Assembly: GCA_963705205.1 (NCBI GenBank)
Contig: CAVPJG010000006.1
Coordinates: 298,125-362,124, forward strand
Origin: an uncultured Thermoleophilia bacterium
GTDB taxonomy: Bacteria > Actinomycetota > Thermoleophilia > UBA2241
DNA length: 64,000 bases
Direction of reading: 5' to 3'
Both the position numbers and the translations under genes were made by a program. Positions 1-9,413 of the stretch are shown here, one piece after another. The notes under the pieces were generated by a model. It was not told the origin of the DNA, did not search any database, and worked only from the letters and a program-made list of their open reading frames with translations. Every line of letters begins with the position of its first letter. Within the stretch, counting starts at the first letter, position 1.

Positions 1-282
1 GACGTAGAGCGTCTCGTAGATCTTGTCGAGCGTGTACACGTTGCCGCTGCTGACGGCGACGTTGTGGGGATCGAGACCCACCTGCTGCACGGTCGGCTGG
101 AAGGCGCGCCCGATGATCAGCTGGCCGCCCGTCTTGGGCGTTCCGGCCGCCGAGGCCGACGCCGACGATGTGGTCTCGCCGCCACCGCAAGCGGTGGCGA
201 ACGGACCCAGCGCAATCAGCCCGACGCCGGCGGCCCCCATCTTGAGTACGTCCCTGCGAGTGAATTCCTTTTCCCAAGACAT
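1..282 (-). CDS. ABC transporter solute-binding lipoprotein (family-5-like), N-terminal part only; gene runs off the window
   Basis: Reverse strand from ATG at 282 reads MSWEKEFTRRDVLKMGAAGVGLIALGPFATACGGGE... This gives a twin-arginine motif, a hydrophobic core and a Cys lipobox, followed by SBP-like sequence. There is no stop before position 1. Confidence 0.6.
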   Translation of the reverse strand, partial: MSWEKEFTRRDVLKMGAAGVGLIALGPFATACGGGETTSSASASAAGTPKTGGQLIIGRAFQPTVQQVGLDPHNVAVSSGNVYTLDKIYETLYV

Positions 283-503
283 GGTCGTCCCCCGGCGTAG
301 CTTGACGGAGCACCCCCCGGAGCCCCGTGACAACGCTGCAGTCTCGACGGGCTCCCACGGCACGTATACCACTCATGCTATAGGGGGTCAACGAAGGTGC
401 GGGCGACTGTCTAGCCTGTCGTATCGAAGATGCTAGTGGGCGGCGAGGGCACGTTCCTCCTGACGCCGCCGCCGAGGATCGGGCCGACCAGCGTCGGCCC
501 GCT

Positions 504-1871
504 TCACGAGAAGGGCAAGCCGAGGTCGGGCCAGCGTGACGTGACTCTCGCGACCACGTCTGGGTCCATCGCGAGCGCATCGGGCCACTCGCGGCGGTGA
601 CCCTCCTGCGTCCAGGTCCGCGTCGCGTCGATGCCCATGCGTGCACCAAAGCGCGAGTAGGGGCCGGCTTGCTCGAGCGCGTCCTGCGGACCGGGCAGGG
701 TGACGCAGTCACGCTCCGGGCTCACATTGTTGAAGACCCGCCAGGCCACTTCACCGGCGTCATGCACGTCGACATCCTCGTCGACGACGACGACGAATTT
801 GGTGAGCCTCGTCTGCTTCATGCCCCAGAGAACGTTCATCACGGTGAATGCGTGGCCCGCGTAGGCCTTGCGGATGGAGACGATCGCACAGCGGCTGAAC
901 ACGCCCTCGAGCGGCAGTTCCATGTCCACGAGTTCCGGGATCGTCAGCTGAAGGAGAGGAAGGAAGAGCTGAGCGGTGGCCCTTCCGAGGAAGCAGTCTT
1001 CCATCGGCGGACGGCCGACGATGGTCGCCGGGTAGATCGCGTTGCTGCGCATCCGCATCGCCGTCAGGTGGAAGACCGGGTAGCGGCCCACCTCCGAGTA
1101 GTAGCCGGTGTGGTCACCGCACGGGCCTTCGTCCCGCTCCTCACCCCGCTGCACGTACCCCTCGAGCACGATCTCCGCGTCGGCAGGCACTTCCAGGTCC
1201 ACGTTCTCACATGGTGCGAGCTCGACGGGCTCCCCGCGAAGGAAGCCGGCGAAGGAGAGCTCGTCGACCCCGGGAGGAAGCGGAGCGGTGGCGGCATACG
1301 TCACCAGAGGATCGGTGCCGAGCGCCACCGCAACCTCCAATCGACCGTCGGAGTCCCTGAAATTGGCGGCCCCGTCATGGTGAACGTGCCAGTGCATCCC
1401 TGTCGTCGCCGCGTCGAACACCTGAAGGCGGTAGACGCCGGCGTTCCGGCGTCCGTCGCGAGACTTGGTCCCGACGACCGGCAGCGTGATGAACGGACCG
1501 CCGTCGCCGGGCCAAGTGGTGAGCACGGGCAGTCGGCCGAGATCGGGCGGGTCGAGCACCACGTCCGCGAGTCCTCGCTCGACCCTCTGGGGAGCGAAGC
1601 CGGCGAGCTCATCCGATAGGCCGACCCCCTCGACCCTGTCCCGGACATAGGCCGGAGGCTGCAGGTCGGTCAATCCGGCCACGCGGCGCGCCACGGCATC
1701 GAGCGACCCGCCGAAGGCCAGCTCGAGACGGCGCTCCGAGCCGAACTGGTTCATCAGCACCTGCAGCGACGACCCTTTGACGGAGCGGAAGAGGAGCGCC
1801 GGCCCGTACGCTTTGCTCGCACGGTTGGCTATCTCCGCGACTTCGAGGTAGGGGTCGACGTCGGCGTCCAC
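504..1871 (-). CDS. ubiD: UbiD-family (prenyl-FMN dependent) decarboxylase
   Basis: 455-aa ORF with UbiD-like GPALLFRSVKGSSLQVLMNQFGS and GMHWHVHHDG segments. The conserved N-terminus continues in frame upstream of the GTG at 1871 (see finding). Confidence 0.85.
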   Translation of the reverse strand: MDADVDPYLEVAEIANRASKAYGPALLFRSVKGSSLQVLMNQFGSERRLELAFGGSLDAVARRVAGLTDLQPPAYVRDRVEGVGLSDELAGFAPQRVERGLADVVLDPPDLGRLPVLTTWPGDGGPFITLPVVGTKSRDGRRNAGVYRLQVFDAATTGMHWHVHHDGAANFRDSDGRLEVAVALGTDPLVTYAATAPLPPGVDELSFAGFLRGEPVELAPCENVDLEVPADAEIVLEGYVQRGEERDEGPCGDHTGYYSEVGRYPVFHLTAMRMRSNAIYPATIVGRPPMEDCFLGRATAQLFLPLLQLTIPELVDMELPLEGVFSRCAIVSIRKAYAGHAFTVMNVLWGMKQTRLTKFVVVVDEDVDVHDAGEVAWRVFNNVSPERDCVTLPGPQDALEQAGPYSRFGARMGIDATRTWTQEGHRREWPDALAMDPDVVARVTSRWPDLGLPFS

Positions 1872-1982
1872 GACGCTCAGCTCGCCCTCTCGACGCAGCG
1901 ACTCGATGAAGGCTCGAAGGTCCGTGTTCTCCCCCTCAGGGCATGATGGTCCCGGTCAGCTTCGGCGGCGCAGCCCGCGCCG

Positions 1983-2777
1983 TCAATCCACCGGCAGCTT
2001 GAAGAAGTCGCGCGGCGTCCGGAAGCAGACCTCGTCGATGGTCTCCTTGTCCAGGCCGAAGAGCTTCATCGCCAGCTGCACGCGCGGCACCATGAAGTAG
2101 TCGTTCCCCATGCCACCGAGCTCTGAGTTGACGATGAGGCGATCGCGCCATTCAGGGTGGTCGATGACGAGCCGGGCGGCGACCTCTGGCGGCATCTTGT
2201 CCCAGCAGATGCTGAGGCCGACCATGCCGCCGGTGCTCATGCGGAACTCCATCGTCTCCTCGCCGGCGTGGTCGAAGACGCAGCGCTCCACCGGGTAGCC
2301 CTCCTCCTTGATGATCTCGAACACGCGCGGGGTGACGGTGGGACCCTGCGGCGCCAGGCGGATGGGCGTGTGCAAGATTACCGGCAGGTCGTGCTCCTTG
2401 GCCAGCCGCAGGTGTTCACGGAACAGCCACTCCTCGAACTCCGTACCGCAGTCGAGGCCGATCTCGCCCATGGCGACGACGCGCTCGTTCTTCAGGAACT
2501 CCGGCATGCGCTCGAGGCACGTCTCAGCGTCGGCGCGGTTCACGCCGAAGAACGGCACCGAGATGGAGGTGAAAGCCTCGTACCCGAGCGTCTGCGCCGT
2601 GGTCGCTTCCATGGTGAGGAACCGCTCCCACAGAAGCAGCACCGTGTCGGCGTCGTGCGTGCCGACGAACATGTGTGGGCTCGGGATCACCGCCGCCTCC
2701 ATGCCCATCATGACGAGCTTCTGCAGCTGCGCGTCCTCGATCATGTCGGTGTGCAGGTGGGCGTCGATGAATCTCAT
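1983..2777 (-). CDS. TatD-related / amidohydrolase-fold metal-dependent hydrolase
   Basis: MRFIDAHLHTD... (HxH metal motif at the N-terminus), about 265 aa. The internal ATG at 2777 is preferred over the ORF-track start at 2831. Confidence 0.7.
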   Translation of the reverse strand: MRFIDAHLHTDMIEDAQLQKLVMMGMEAAVIPSPHMFVGTHDADTVLLLWERFLTMEATTAQTLGYEAFTSISVPFFGVNRADAETCLERMPEFLKNERVVAMGEIGLDCGTEFEEWLFREHLRLAKEHDLPVILHTPIRLAPQGPTVTPRVFEIIKEEGYPVERCVFDHAGEETMEFRMSTGGMVGLSICWDKMPPEVAARLVIDHPEWRDRLIVNSELGGMGNDYFMVPRVQLAMKLFGLDKETIDEVCFRTPRDFFKLPVD

Positions 2778-2827
2778 GACGGATCCTTTCCTTTTGTGAC
2801 TGATGGCTTCGGTCGTGCCCGAGCAGC

Positions 2828-4087
2828 TCATGCTGGGGGCGGCGCTTCGCAGACCGGCTCACGCGCGCCGAGCGGCCGCTCGCGGTCAATGGCCCAGCGG
2901 GCGATGGTGGCCATGGCGACGAGCAGGCCGAGCCCGCAGGAACCAGTCCAGCCCCAGTGATCGTAGACCAGAGCGGCCATGGCGGAGCCGGCGGCCGCCC
3001 CCACGAAGCACGACGTCATGTAGAACGCGTTGATCCGGCTGCGCGCCTTCGACTGCAGGCGGAAGATCTCGCTCTGGTTGGTGATGTGGATGCCGTTGGA
3101 GCCCACGTCGAGCACGATGATGCCGGTGAGCAGCGCGGCCAGCGAGTGGTCGCCGAGCCACAGCAGCACGAAGCCGGCCGTCATCAGGCCGATCGAAGCG
3201 CCTGTGAGCCCACGCGACCAGCCGCGATCGGTGAAGCGGCCGACGACAGTCGCGGTGAGTGCGCCGGCCGCGCCAACGAGGCTGAAGAGGCCGATCACGC
3301 CGTCGCCGTAGTCGTAGGGCGGTCCGGAGAGCAAGAAGGCGAGGGTCGTCCACAGCACGCTGAACGACGCGAACGCCAACGAGCCGTAGAGCGCACGTCG
3401 GCGCAGCACCGGCTCGGCGCGAGCGATGCCGACCACGGAGGCGAGCAGTCTGCGATACGTGAGTCCGGCCGACTGGTGGTAGCACGGGAGCTTCGCGAAC
3501 AGGACCAGGGCTTGAGCGGCCATCAGAGCCGCCGCCAGGACGTAGACCGCGCGCCAGCCGGCGACCTCGGCGACAAGGCCGGAGAACGTGCGCGCGAGGA
3601 GGATGCCGAAGAGGAGGCCGCTCATCACGGTGCCGACGACGCGGCCACGCTCCGACTCCGGCGAGAGCGTCGCCGCGAACGGCACGAGGATCTGCGCCAT
3701 CACGGACGTCAGGCCGATGACGCCGACGGCGGCGATGAAGAGCCCGACGGACGGCGCCGCCGCAGCCGCGGCGAGGCCGCAGGCGGTGACGACAGCCAGC
3801 GTGGTGATCAGCCGCCGGCGCTCGAAGAGGTCGCCGAGCGGCAGCAGCAGGATGAGGCCAGCCGCGTAGCCGATCTGCGCGGTCGTCACAATCAGACCGG
3901 CGACCGCCGCAGTCACGCCGAAGCGGTCGCGGATCGTATCCAGCAGCGGCTGCGCCAGGTAGTTGCTCGCCACTGCCTGCCCTGTAGCCACGGCGAACAG
4001 CAGGATGAGCCCGCGGCTCATGCCGCGACCCTCGCCCGTGGCGGACGCCGGGCCGGAGACGGGGGCAGGGTCCCGAGATACGTTCAC
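2828..4087 (-). CDS. MFS transporter
   Basis: 419-aa ORF made of about 12 hydrophobic segments with Gly/Ala-rich MFS-like loops. The start could instead be the internal ATG at 4021. Confidence 0.8.
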   Translation of the reverse strand: MNVSRDPAPVSGPASATGEGRGMSRGLILLFAVATGQAVASNYLAQPLLDTIRDRFGVTAAVAGLIVTTAQIGYAAGLILLLPLGDLFERRRLITTLAVVTACGLAAAAAAPSVGLFIAAVGVIGLTSVMAQILVPFAATLSPESERGRVVGTVMSGLLFGILLARTFSGLVAEVAGWRAVYVLAAALMAAQALVLFAKLPCYHQSAGLTYRRLLASVVGIARAEPVLRRRALYGSLAFASFSVLWTTLAFLLSGPPYDYGDGVIGLFSLVGAAGALTATVVGRFTDRGWSRGLTGASIGLMTAGFVLLWLGDHSLAALLTGIIVLDVGSNGIHITNQSEIFRLQSKARSRINAFYMTSCFVGAAAGSAMAALVYDHWGWTGSCGLGLLVAMATIARWAIDRERPLGAREPVCEAPPPA

Positions 4088-4255
4088 AGGACGTGCCTAC
4101 AGGCCCGGACCGAGCGTGTCAAGGGTCCGGACCGTCCCGCGAAACGGACAACTTGTCCGTATCGCGGATGTGCCGTAGCATCCGAGAGCATTCGTCGACT
4201 CTTCGCTGCGTCGGCACGCAAGAGCGGCGCGGACGCCCACCTGGAGGTGTGACGC

Positions 4256-4717
4256 ATGACAGACGACCCCCGCGTCGTAGTGCTGGCGCTGGCGGAACAC
4301 GAGGAGGCGATGAGCGCCCTCTACTCCTCCTTCGCCGCACGGTACCCTGAGGTGGGCGACCTCTGGACGTCGCTCGCCCGCGACGAACACGGCCACGGCG
4401 CCCTGTTGCGCTCCCTGGCGGAGAAGAGCGACGACATGACGGCGTTCGTCGAGAACCGACGGTACGACCTCGCCGAAGTGCAGGCCGACACGGCGCGCTT
4501 GCGCAACCTCGCGCAGATCACACCCGTCGCGGGCTTCCCGCTGCAGGAGGCATTCCGCGCTGCCGTCAAGCTGGAGGACTCGCTGATCGAGTCCCAGATC
4601 TTCGCCGTCTACGACGGCGACCCGGAAGAGGTCACCGCCGTCGTCGACACACTGCGGGAGCAGACCGAGAAGCACCAGCGCCGGCTGAGCGAGAAACTCA
4701 AGGGGCTCGGCGGCTGA
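4256..4717 (+). CDS. Ferritin-like / rubrerythrin-like helical-bundle protein
   Basis: 153 aa, helical, with EHEEAM and DEHGHG (ExxH-type) motifs. GC3-rich codon usage. Confidence 0.6.
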   Translation: MTDDPRVVVLALAEHEEAMSALYSSFAARYPEVGDLWTSLARDEHGHGALLRSLAEKSDDMTAFVENRRYDLAEVQADTARLRNLAQITPVAGFPLQEAFRAAVKLEDSLIESQIFAVYDGDPEEVTAVVDTLREQTEKHQRRLSEKLKGLGG

Positions 4718-4829
4718 CGCTGGGGCCTCGCGCACGACGACTGCGGTCGCCCAGGACGCTCTGACCTGCAGACCCGCGTGTCCTCCTTCGCTGGCCCCCG
4801 CCAGGGCGACACGGTAGAGTGCTCTAGCC

Positions 4830-6098
4830 GTGGCGTACCCGAGGACCCTCAGCGAGTTCAGCCGCGGCCGCCGCGCCGCGATCGTCGCTACCCTCGGCGG
4901 CCTCTGGACCATAGGCCCGTTCTCCATCGACCTGTACCTGCCGGCGCTGCCGACCCTCGGCGGCGACCTGGCCGCTTCCCAGCGGCAGGTGGCCGTCACC
5001 GTCACTGCGTTCCTCGTCGGACTGGCGTTCGGGCAGGTGCAGGCGGGCGCGCTCAGCGACACCTATGGCCGGCGGCGACCGCTCCTGGCCGGCCTGTTCG
5101 TCTACACGCTCGCCACCCTGGCGTGCGCGCTGGCGCCGACGATCCAGGTGCTCATCGTCGCCCGGTTCCTCCAGGGCCTCGGCGGCGCGGCCGGCATGGC
5201 CATCTCAAACGCCGCCGTCACCGACTACGTGCGCGGACGCGAGGCGGCCCGCCTGATGTCACGCCTCGCCATGATCGGCGGCGTGGCGCCCATCATCGCG
5301 CCGCTCGCGGGCGGCCAGCTGCTGCGCGTCATGTCGTGGAGAGGGCTCTTCATCGTGCTCACGGCCATCGGGCTCACGCTCTTCGTCGCCGTCCTCTCGG
5401 GGCTCCCCGAGAGCCTGCCCCGCGAGCGGCGCTCCTCCGCCGGTCTCGGGACGCTCCTCGCGAGCCTGACGACGCTGACCCGTGACGCCCGCTTCATGGG
5501 CTTCGCGCTCACCAGCGCGCTCAGCTTCGCGGGGTTCTTCGCCTACCTAGCCGGCTCGTCGTTCGTCTACCAGGACGTGTACGGCGTCTCGCCCGCCGGG
5601 TTCAGCCTGCTCTTCGCCGTGAACGCCGTCGGCATGCTGGGAGCGAGCGAGCTCAACCACCGGCTCCTCGCCCGCTTCACGCCGGCTCAGCTGCTCGCCG
5701 CCGCCCTGGTCGTCAACGCCGTCGCCGGCGCCGTTGTGCTCCTGGTGCTGCTGAACGGGGATCTCGGCCTGGTCGCGCTGGCCGCGCCCCTCTTCGTGCT
5801 CGTCGCCAGCATCGGGCTCGTCATCCCGAACTCGACGGCGCTGGCCCTCTCTCTGCACCCGGACAGCGCCGGCACGGCCTCCGCCTACTTCGGCACCCTG
5901 CGCCTCGGCCTCGGCGCCCTCGCGACACCCCTCGTCGGTCTGGCCGGCGGCATGGACGGCGTGGCCATGGGCCTCGTCATCGCCGGCGCCGGCGTCCTGG
6001 CGCTGCTGGCGTTCGCCGTCGTCGCGTGGCTCGACCGCGGGCGCTCGCGAGCCTGCGAGCTGCATCCGGGCACCTGCGCCGACATGACGGTCTGCTGA
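4830..6098 (+). CDS. Bcr/CflA-type MFS drug:H+ antiporter
   Basis: GTG start. LWTIGPFSIDLYLPALP and SDTYGRRRPLL motifs, 12-TM pattern. Confidence 0.85.
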   Translation: MAYPRTLSEFSRGRRAAIVATLGGLWTIGPFSIDLYLPALPTLGGDLAASQRQVAVTVTAFLVGLAFGQVQAGALSDTYGRRRPLLAGLFVYTLATLACALAPTIQVLIVARFLQGLGGAAGMAISNAAVTDYVRGREAARLMSRLAMIGGVAPIIAPLAGGQLLRVMSWRGLFIVLTAIGLTLFVAVLSGLPESLPRERRSSAGLGTLLASLTTLTRDARFMGFALTSALSFAGFFAYLAGSSFVYQDVYGVSPAGFSLLFAVNAVGMLGASELNHRLLARFTPAQLLAAALVVNAVAGAVVLLVLLNGDLGLVALAAPLFVLVASIGLVIPNSTALALSLHPDSAGTASAYFGTLRLGLGALATPLVGLAGGMDGVAMGLVIAGAGVLALLAFAVVAWLDRGRSRACELHPGTCADMTVC

Positions 6099-6103
6099 GC
6101 GAC

Positions 6104-7372
6104 ATGATCGCGACCTCACCGTGGGGCGGGTCCAGTCAGGGTCGCCGCGCCGCCATCATCCTCATCCTCGGCGGCCTGTGGACCATCGGGTCCTTCGCGA
6201 CGGACCTCTTCCTCCCCGCGATGCCCGCGGCGGCGGCCGCGCTCGGCACATCCGAGTCGGCCCTCGCGCTCAATCTCACCACCTTCCTCTTCGGGCTGGG
6301 GCTCGGCCAGCTGATCGCCGGACCCGTGAGCGACAGCCGTGGCCGGCGCCCCATCCTGCTGGCGGGCCTCGTCGTCTTCACCGCGTCTTCCGTGGCCTGC
6401 CTCGTCGCGCCGACGGTGGAGGTGCTCGTGGCGGTCCGTCTCGTCCAAGGCATGGCGGCCGCGTTCGGCCTCGCCATCCCCAACGCGATGGTCACCGACT
6501 ACGCGCGCGGGCGCGAGGCCGCCCGGCTCTTCTCCTGGATCGTGATCATCGGAGGCGTGGCGCCGCTGGTGGCCTCGCTGACCGGCGCCCAGATGCTCCG
6601 CCTGCTGGGATGGCGCGGGCCGTTCGTCGCACTGACCGCGATCAGCGTCTTCGCCCTCGCGTGCGTCGCCCTCTGGCTGCCGGAGAGTCTGCCGCGGGAG
6701 AGGCGGGTGACCGGGGGCCTCCGCATGGCGCTGCGCACGATGGCCAGGCTGACGCGCGACGGCCGCTTCATGGGGTACACGTTCACCGGCGCCTTCGTGT
6801 ACATGGCCTTTTTCGCCTATCTTGGCGGCTCGTCGTTCGTCTTCCAACACCAGTACGGCATCTCGGCGACCGCGTACAGCATCCTGTTCGCCGTCAACGC
6901 CGTGGGGATGCTGGCGGCGGGTCAGGCAAACCACCGTCTTCTGGCACGCTTCTCTCCCCGGAGCCTGCTCGCCGCCGGCCTCATCGCGTTCACCGTCGCC
7001 GGTGTCGCGGCCCTCGCCTCTGCGCTGACCGGCGCGTTCGGCCTTTGGGGCCTGGCGGTGCCGTTCTTCGTGATCGTCGCCGGCATGGGGGTGATCTTGC
7101 CCGACCTGACGGCGCTGACCCTGTCCCTCCATCCCGAAGTGGCCGGGACCGCGGCCGCCTACTTCGGCGGGCTGCGGCTCGGGCTCGGCGCCCTGGCGAT
7201 TCCGCTGATCGGCATCGGCGGCACGGTCAGCGCGCGGTCCGTGGCGATCGTGGTCGCCGTCCCGGCGGCGGCGGCCCTCGTGCTCTTCGCGCTGACCGCG
7301 CGGCGCACCCGCGGCCAGCGCGTCCTCCTCGATCTGCCCGAGGAGGCGTCCTCGGACATACCCGTCGCATGA
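6104..7372 (+). CDS. Bcr/CflA-type MFS drug:H+ antiporter (tandem paralogue)
   Basis: LWTIGSFATDLFLPAMP and SDSRGRRPILL, collinear with the preceding gene. The internal ATG at 6104 is preferred because the ORF-track start at 6026 overlaps the upstream gene. Confidence 0.85.
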   Translation: MIATSPWGGSSQGRRAAIILILGGLWTIGSFATDLFLPAMPAAAAALGTSESALALNLTTFLFGLGLGQLIAGPVSDSRGRRPILLAGLVVFTASSVACLVAPTVEVLVAVRLVQGMAAAFGLAIPNAMVTDYARGREAARLFSWIVIIGGVAPLVASLTGAQMLRLLGWRGPFVALTAISVFALACVALWLPESLPRERRVTGGLRMALRTMARLTRDGRFMGYTFTGAFVYMAFFAYLGGSSFVFQHQYGISATAYSILFAVNAVGMLAAGQANHRLLARFSPRSLLAAGLIAFTVAGVAALASALTGAFGLWGLAVPFFVIVAGMGVILPDLTALTLSLHPEVAGTAAAYFGGLRLGLGALAIPLIGIGGTVSARSVAIVVAVPAAAALVLFALTARRTRGQRVLLDLPEEASSDIPVA

Positions 7373-7432
7373 GCCGTGGGCTCGCCTCCGGGTAGACTGG
7401 CGTCGACCGGCGGACGGCACAAGGAGCGCACC

Positions 7433-7702
7433 ATGTTCTGTGAGATCGCGAGGAGGGTCGAGGCCGACGACCTCGAGAGGATCCAGTCGCTGGAGAAGGA
7501 GCTCGGCCTGACGCTGGTGGCGTTCTCGTGCCGCGCGCTCGACCCGGCCCGTGAGGAGCGGCTGCAGAAGATCATGGAGGAGCTCGGCCCGCAGCTTCAG
7601 GCGCGGCCGGCCGAGCCGGGCGAGGCGCAGCTCGGGCGCATCCGCGCGCTCGAGGCCGATCTCGGCCTCACGCTGATCGCGGTCGAGGCGTCGCCGAGCT
7701 GA
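7433..7702 (+). CDS. Small hypothetical protein with an internal tandem duplication
   Basis: 89 aa from the ATG at 7433. The segment LERIQSLEKELGLTLVAF recurs as LGRIRALEADLGLTLIAV. GC3-rich codons. Confidence 0.55.
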   Translation: MFCEIARRVEADDLERIQSLEKELGLTLVAFSCRALDPAREERLQKIMEELGPQLQARPAEPGEAQLGRIRALEADLGLTLIAVEASPS

Positions 7703-7717
7703 CAGTCGCCGCCCTCG

Positions 7718-8041
7718 TCAGCCCTTCGGGTTCGGCGTCTTGACGACGAGGAAGCGCACGCGATCCTCGGTCTCGTTGCGGATCGCGTGGACGCGCCCGA
7801 GCGCGCTCGGCACCAGCGTGTCCGGCGCGGCCAGGACCGTCTCGCCCTCGATCTCGATCGCCGGTACGCCCTCGAGCACGTAGAAGAAGACGTCGACCGG
7901 CGCTTTGTGAGGCTTCACGACTTCGCCCGGCTCCAGAGCGATCTGGCTGACGACGACGTGGGGCGTCTTGTGCAGGTGGCGCACGTCGACCCCGTGCGGG
8001 TTGTCGGCGACGCTGATCTGGTCGGCGGTGATGGTCTGCAT
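7718..8041 (-). CDS. Cupin-domain protein
   Basis: 107 aa. PGEVVKPHKAPVDVFFYVLEG ... VHAIRN fits the two cupin motifs. Confidence 0.75.
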   Translation of the reverse strand: MQTITADQISVADNPHGVDVRHLHKTPHVVVSQIALEPGEVVKPHKAPVDVFFYVLEGVPAIEIEGETVLAAPDTLVPSALGRVHAIRNETEDRVRFLVVKTPNPKG

Positions 8042-8177
8042 GGGGACTCCGTTCTCCTGTGTGCCGGCCCGTACGGGCGGATCGTCACCCTTAGCCTGCC
8101 CACCGGCGGCCGGCGACGACCTTGACCCTCATCAAGCGCGCCGAGGACCGGACCCGCGAATGGCTCGGACCGCAGGG

Positions 8178-9329
8178 TCAGCGCCCCGCCAGCTCGGCGA
8201 CCTTGCCGAGCATCGAGGGGCGCAGGTCCCAGAGCCATGACAGCTCGATCACGTCCGGGTTGTTGCACTTGGTGCAGGCGGCGGCCTCCTCTCCCATACG
8301 CCGCCAGAAGGGAGCGCGGAACAGGGCCGACAGCGGCCGGCCCGCCGCCTGCAGGTCGGCGACGTTCGCGAGCGGCCGGTCGACGTGGCGGCAGTCGCGG
8401 ACGGAGCCGTCCGCGCCGACGGTCAGACGCGCGCGCGGCGCCCGGCAGGTGTAGGAGTGGAGCGCCGGGTCCGCAGCGAGCAGCCGGAGGTACGGCCGCG
8501 AGTCGAGCACGGGGAACCCGGCGGACTTGAGCTCCAGCGCGAGCCGCGCCGCCTCCCGGAGCTCGTCGGGCGAGAGGGCGAGAGCGGCGAGCCGGTCGCC
8601 GGCCTCGCCGGCGCTGAGCTCGCCGGTCTCCATCGGACAGAAGTAGAGCCCGGCGTCCCAGCGCCGGGCCACCGCAGCCACCCGGCGCAGCGCGCCACGG
8701 TTCTGCCCGGACAGCACGGTGTTCAGCAGCAGGGTCGGGCACAGGGGATCGGCACGCAGCTCCTCGACGAAGGACTCGAGCCGTGCGAAGAGCCCGGGCA
8801 GCCCGCGCAGGCGGTCGTGGGCGCGTCCTGCGTCGTCGAGGCTGAGGATCAGCGCGTCCACGGCGCCGCGCAGCGCCGGCCAGCGTTCCGCGGCGAGCCA
8901 GCCGTTGCTGATGAGCGTGACGAAGAGCCCGGAGCGTCTGGCGGCGAGGAGAAGCTCCGGCAGGTCCTGCCGGAGCAGGGGCTCGCCGCCCCACACCACC
9001 AGCTGCGCCATCCCGGCGCGTCCGGCCTCCGCGTACAGCCGGCGCACGGCCGCGGTACCGAGCTCGCCTCCGCCGGCCCGCTCGCCGGCGGGCGCGGCTG
9101 TGGCGTCTGCCGCCGTCGTGCCTCCGGCGCCGGACCGCCACAGGCACGTCGCGCAGCTGCCGTTGCAGCGGGCGGTGACGAGGTGGCTGAGCGTGTGCGG
9201 ACGCCCGCGGGCGCGGGAGACGGCCATCCTGGCCGTGAGCCGCGCCCGTGCTCTCACCCTGTCGCGGGCGACGCGACCGCTCGGTACGTCGTACATGCAC
9301 ATGTGGTACCACATCCGCGGTCGCGGCAT
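8178..9329 (-). CDS. Radical SAM protein with C-terminal Cys-rich (SPASM/twitch-like) region
   Basis: CNGSCATC (CX3CX2C) near the N-terminus. C-terminal cysteines in CRAPRARLTVGADGSVRDCRH ... CTKCNNP. Confidence 0.8.
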   Translation of the reverse strand: MPRPRMWYHMCMYDVPSGRVARDRVRARARLTARMAVSRARGRPHTLSHLVTARCNGSCATCLWRSGAGGTTAADATAAPAGERAGGGELGTAAVRRLYAEAGRAGMAQLVVWGGEPLLRQDLPELLLAARRSGLFVTLISNGWLAAERWPALRGAVDALILSLDDAGRAHDRLRGLPGLFARLESFVEELRADPLCPTLLLNTVLSGQNRGALRRVAAVARRWDAGLYFCPMETGELSAGEAGDRLAALALSPDELREAARLALELKSAGFPVLDSRPYLRLLAADPALHSYTCRAPRARLTVGADGSVRDCRHVDRPLANVADLQAAGRPLSALFRAPFWRRMGEEAAACTKCNNPDVIELSWLWDLRPSMLGKVAELAGR

Positions 9330-9413
9330 GCGGCCGGCCGCGGAGTTTGCACCCGGGCGGCCGGGGAACGCCTTTCGTGTGACACCTACTCACCGAAAGG
9401 AGGCTGACGCCCC

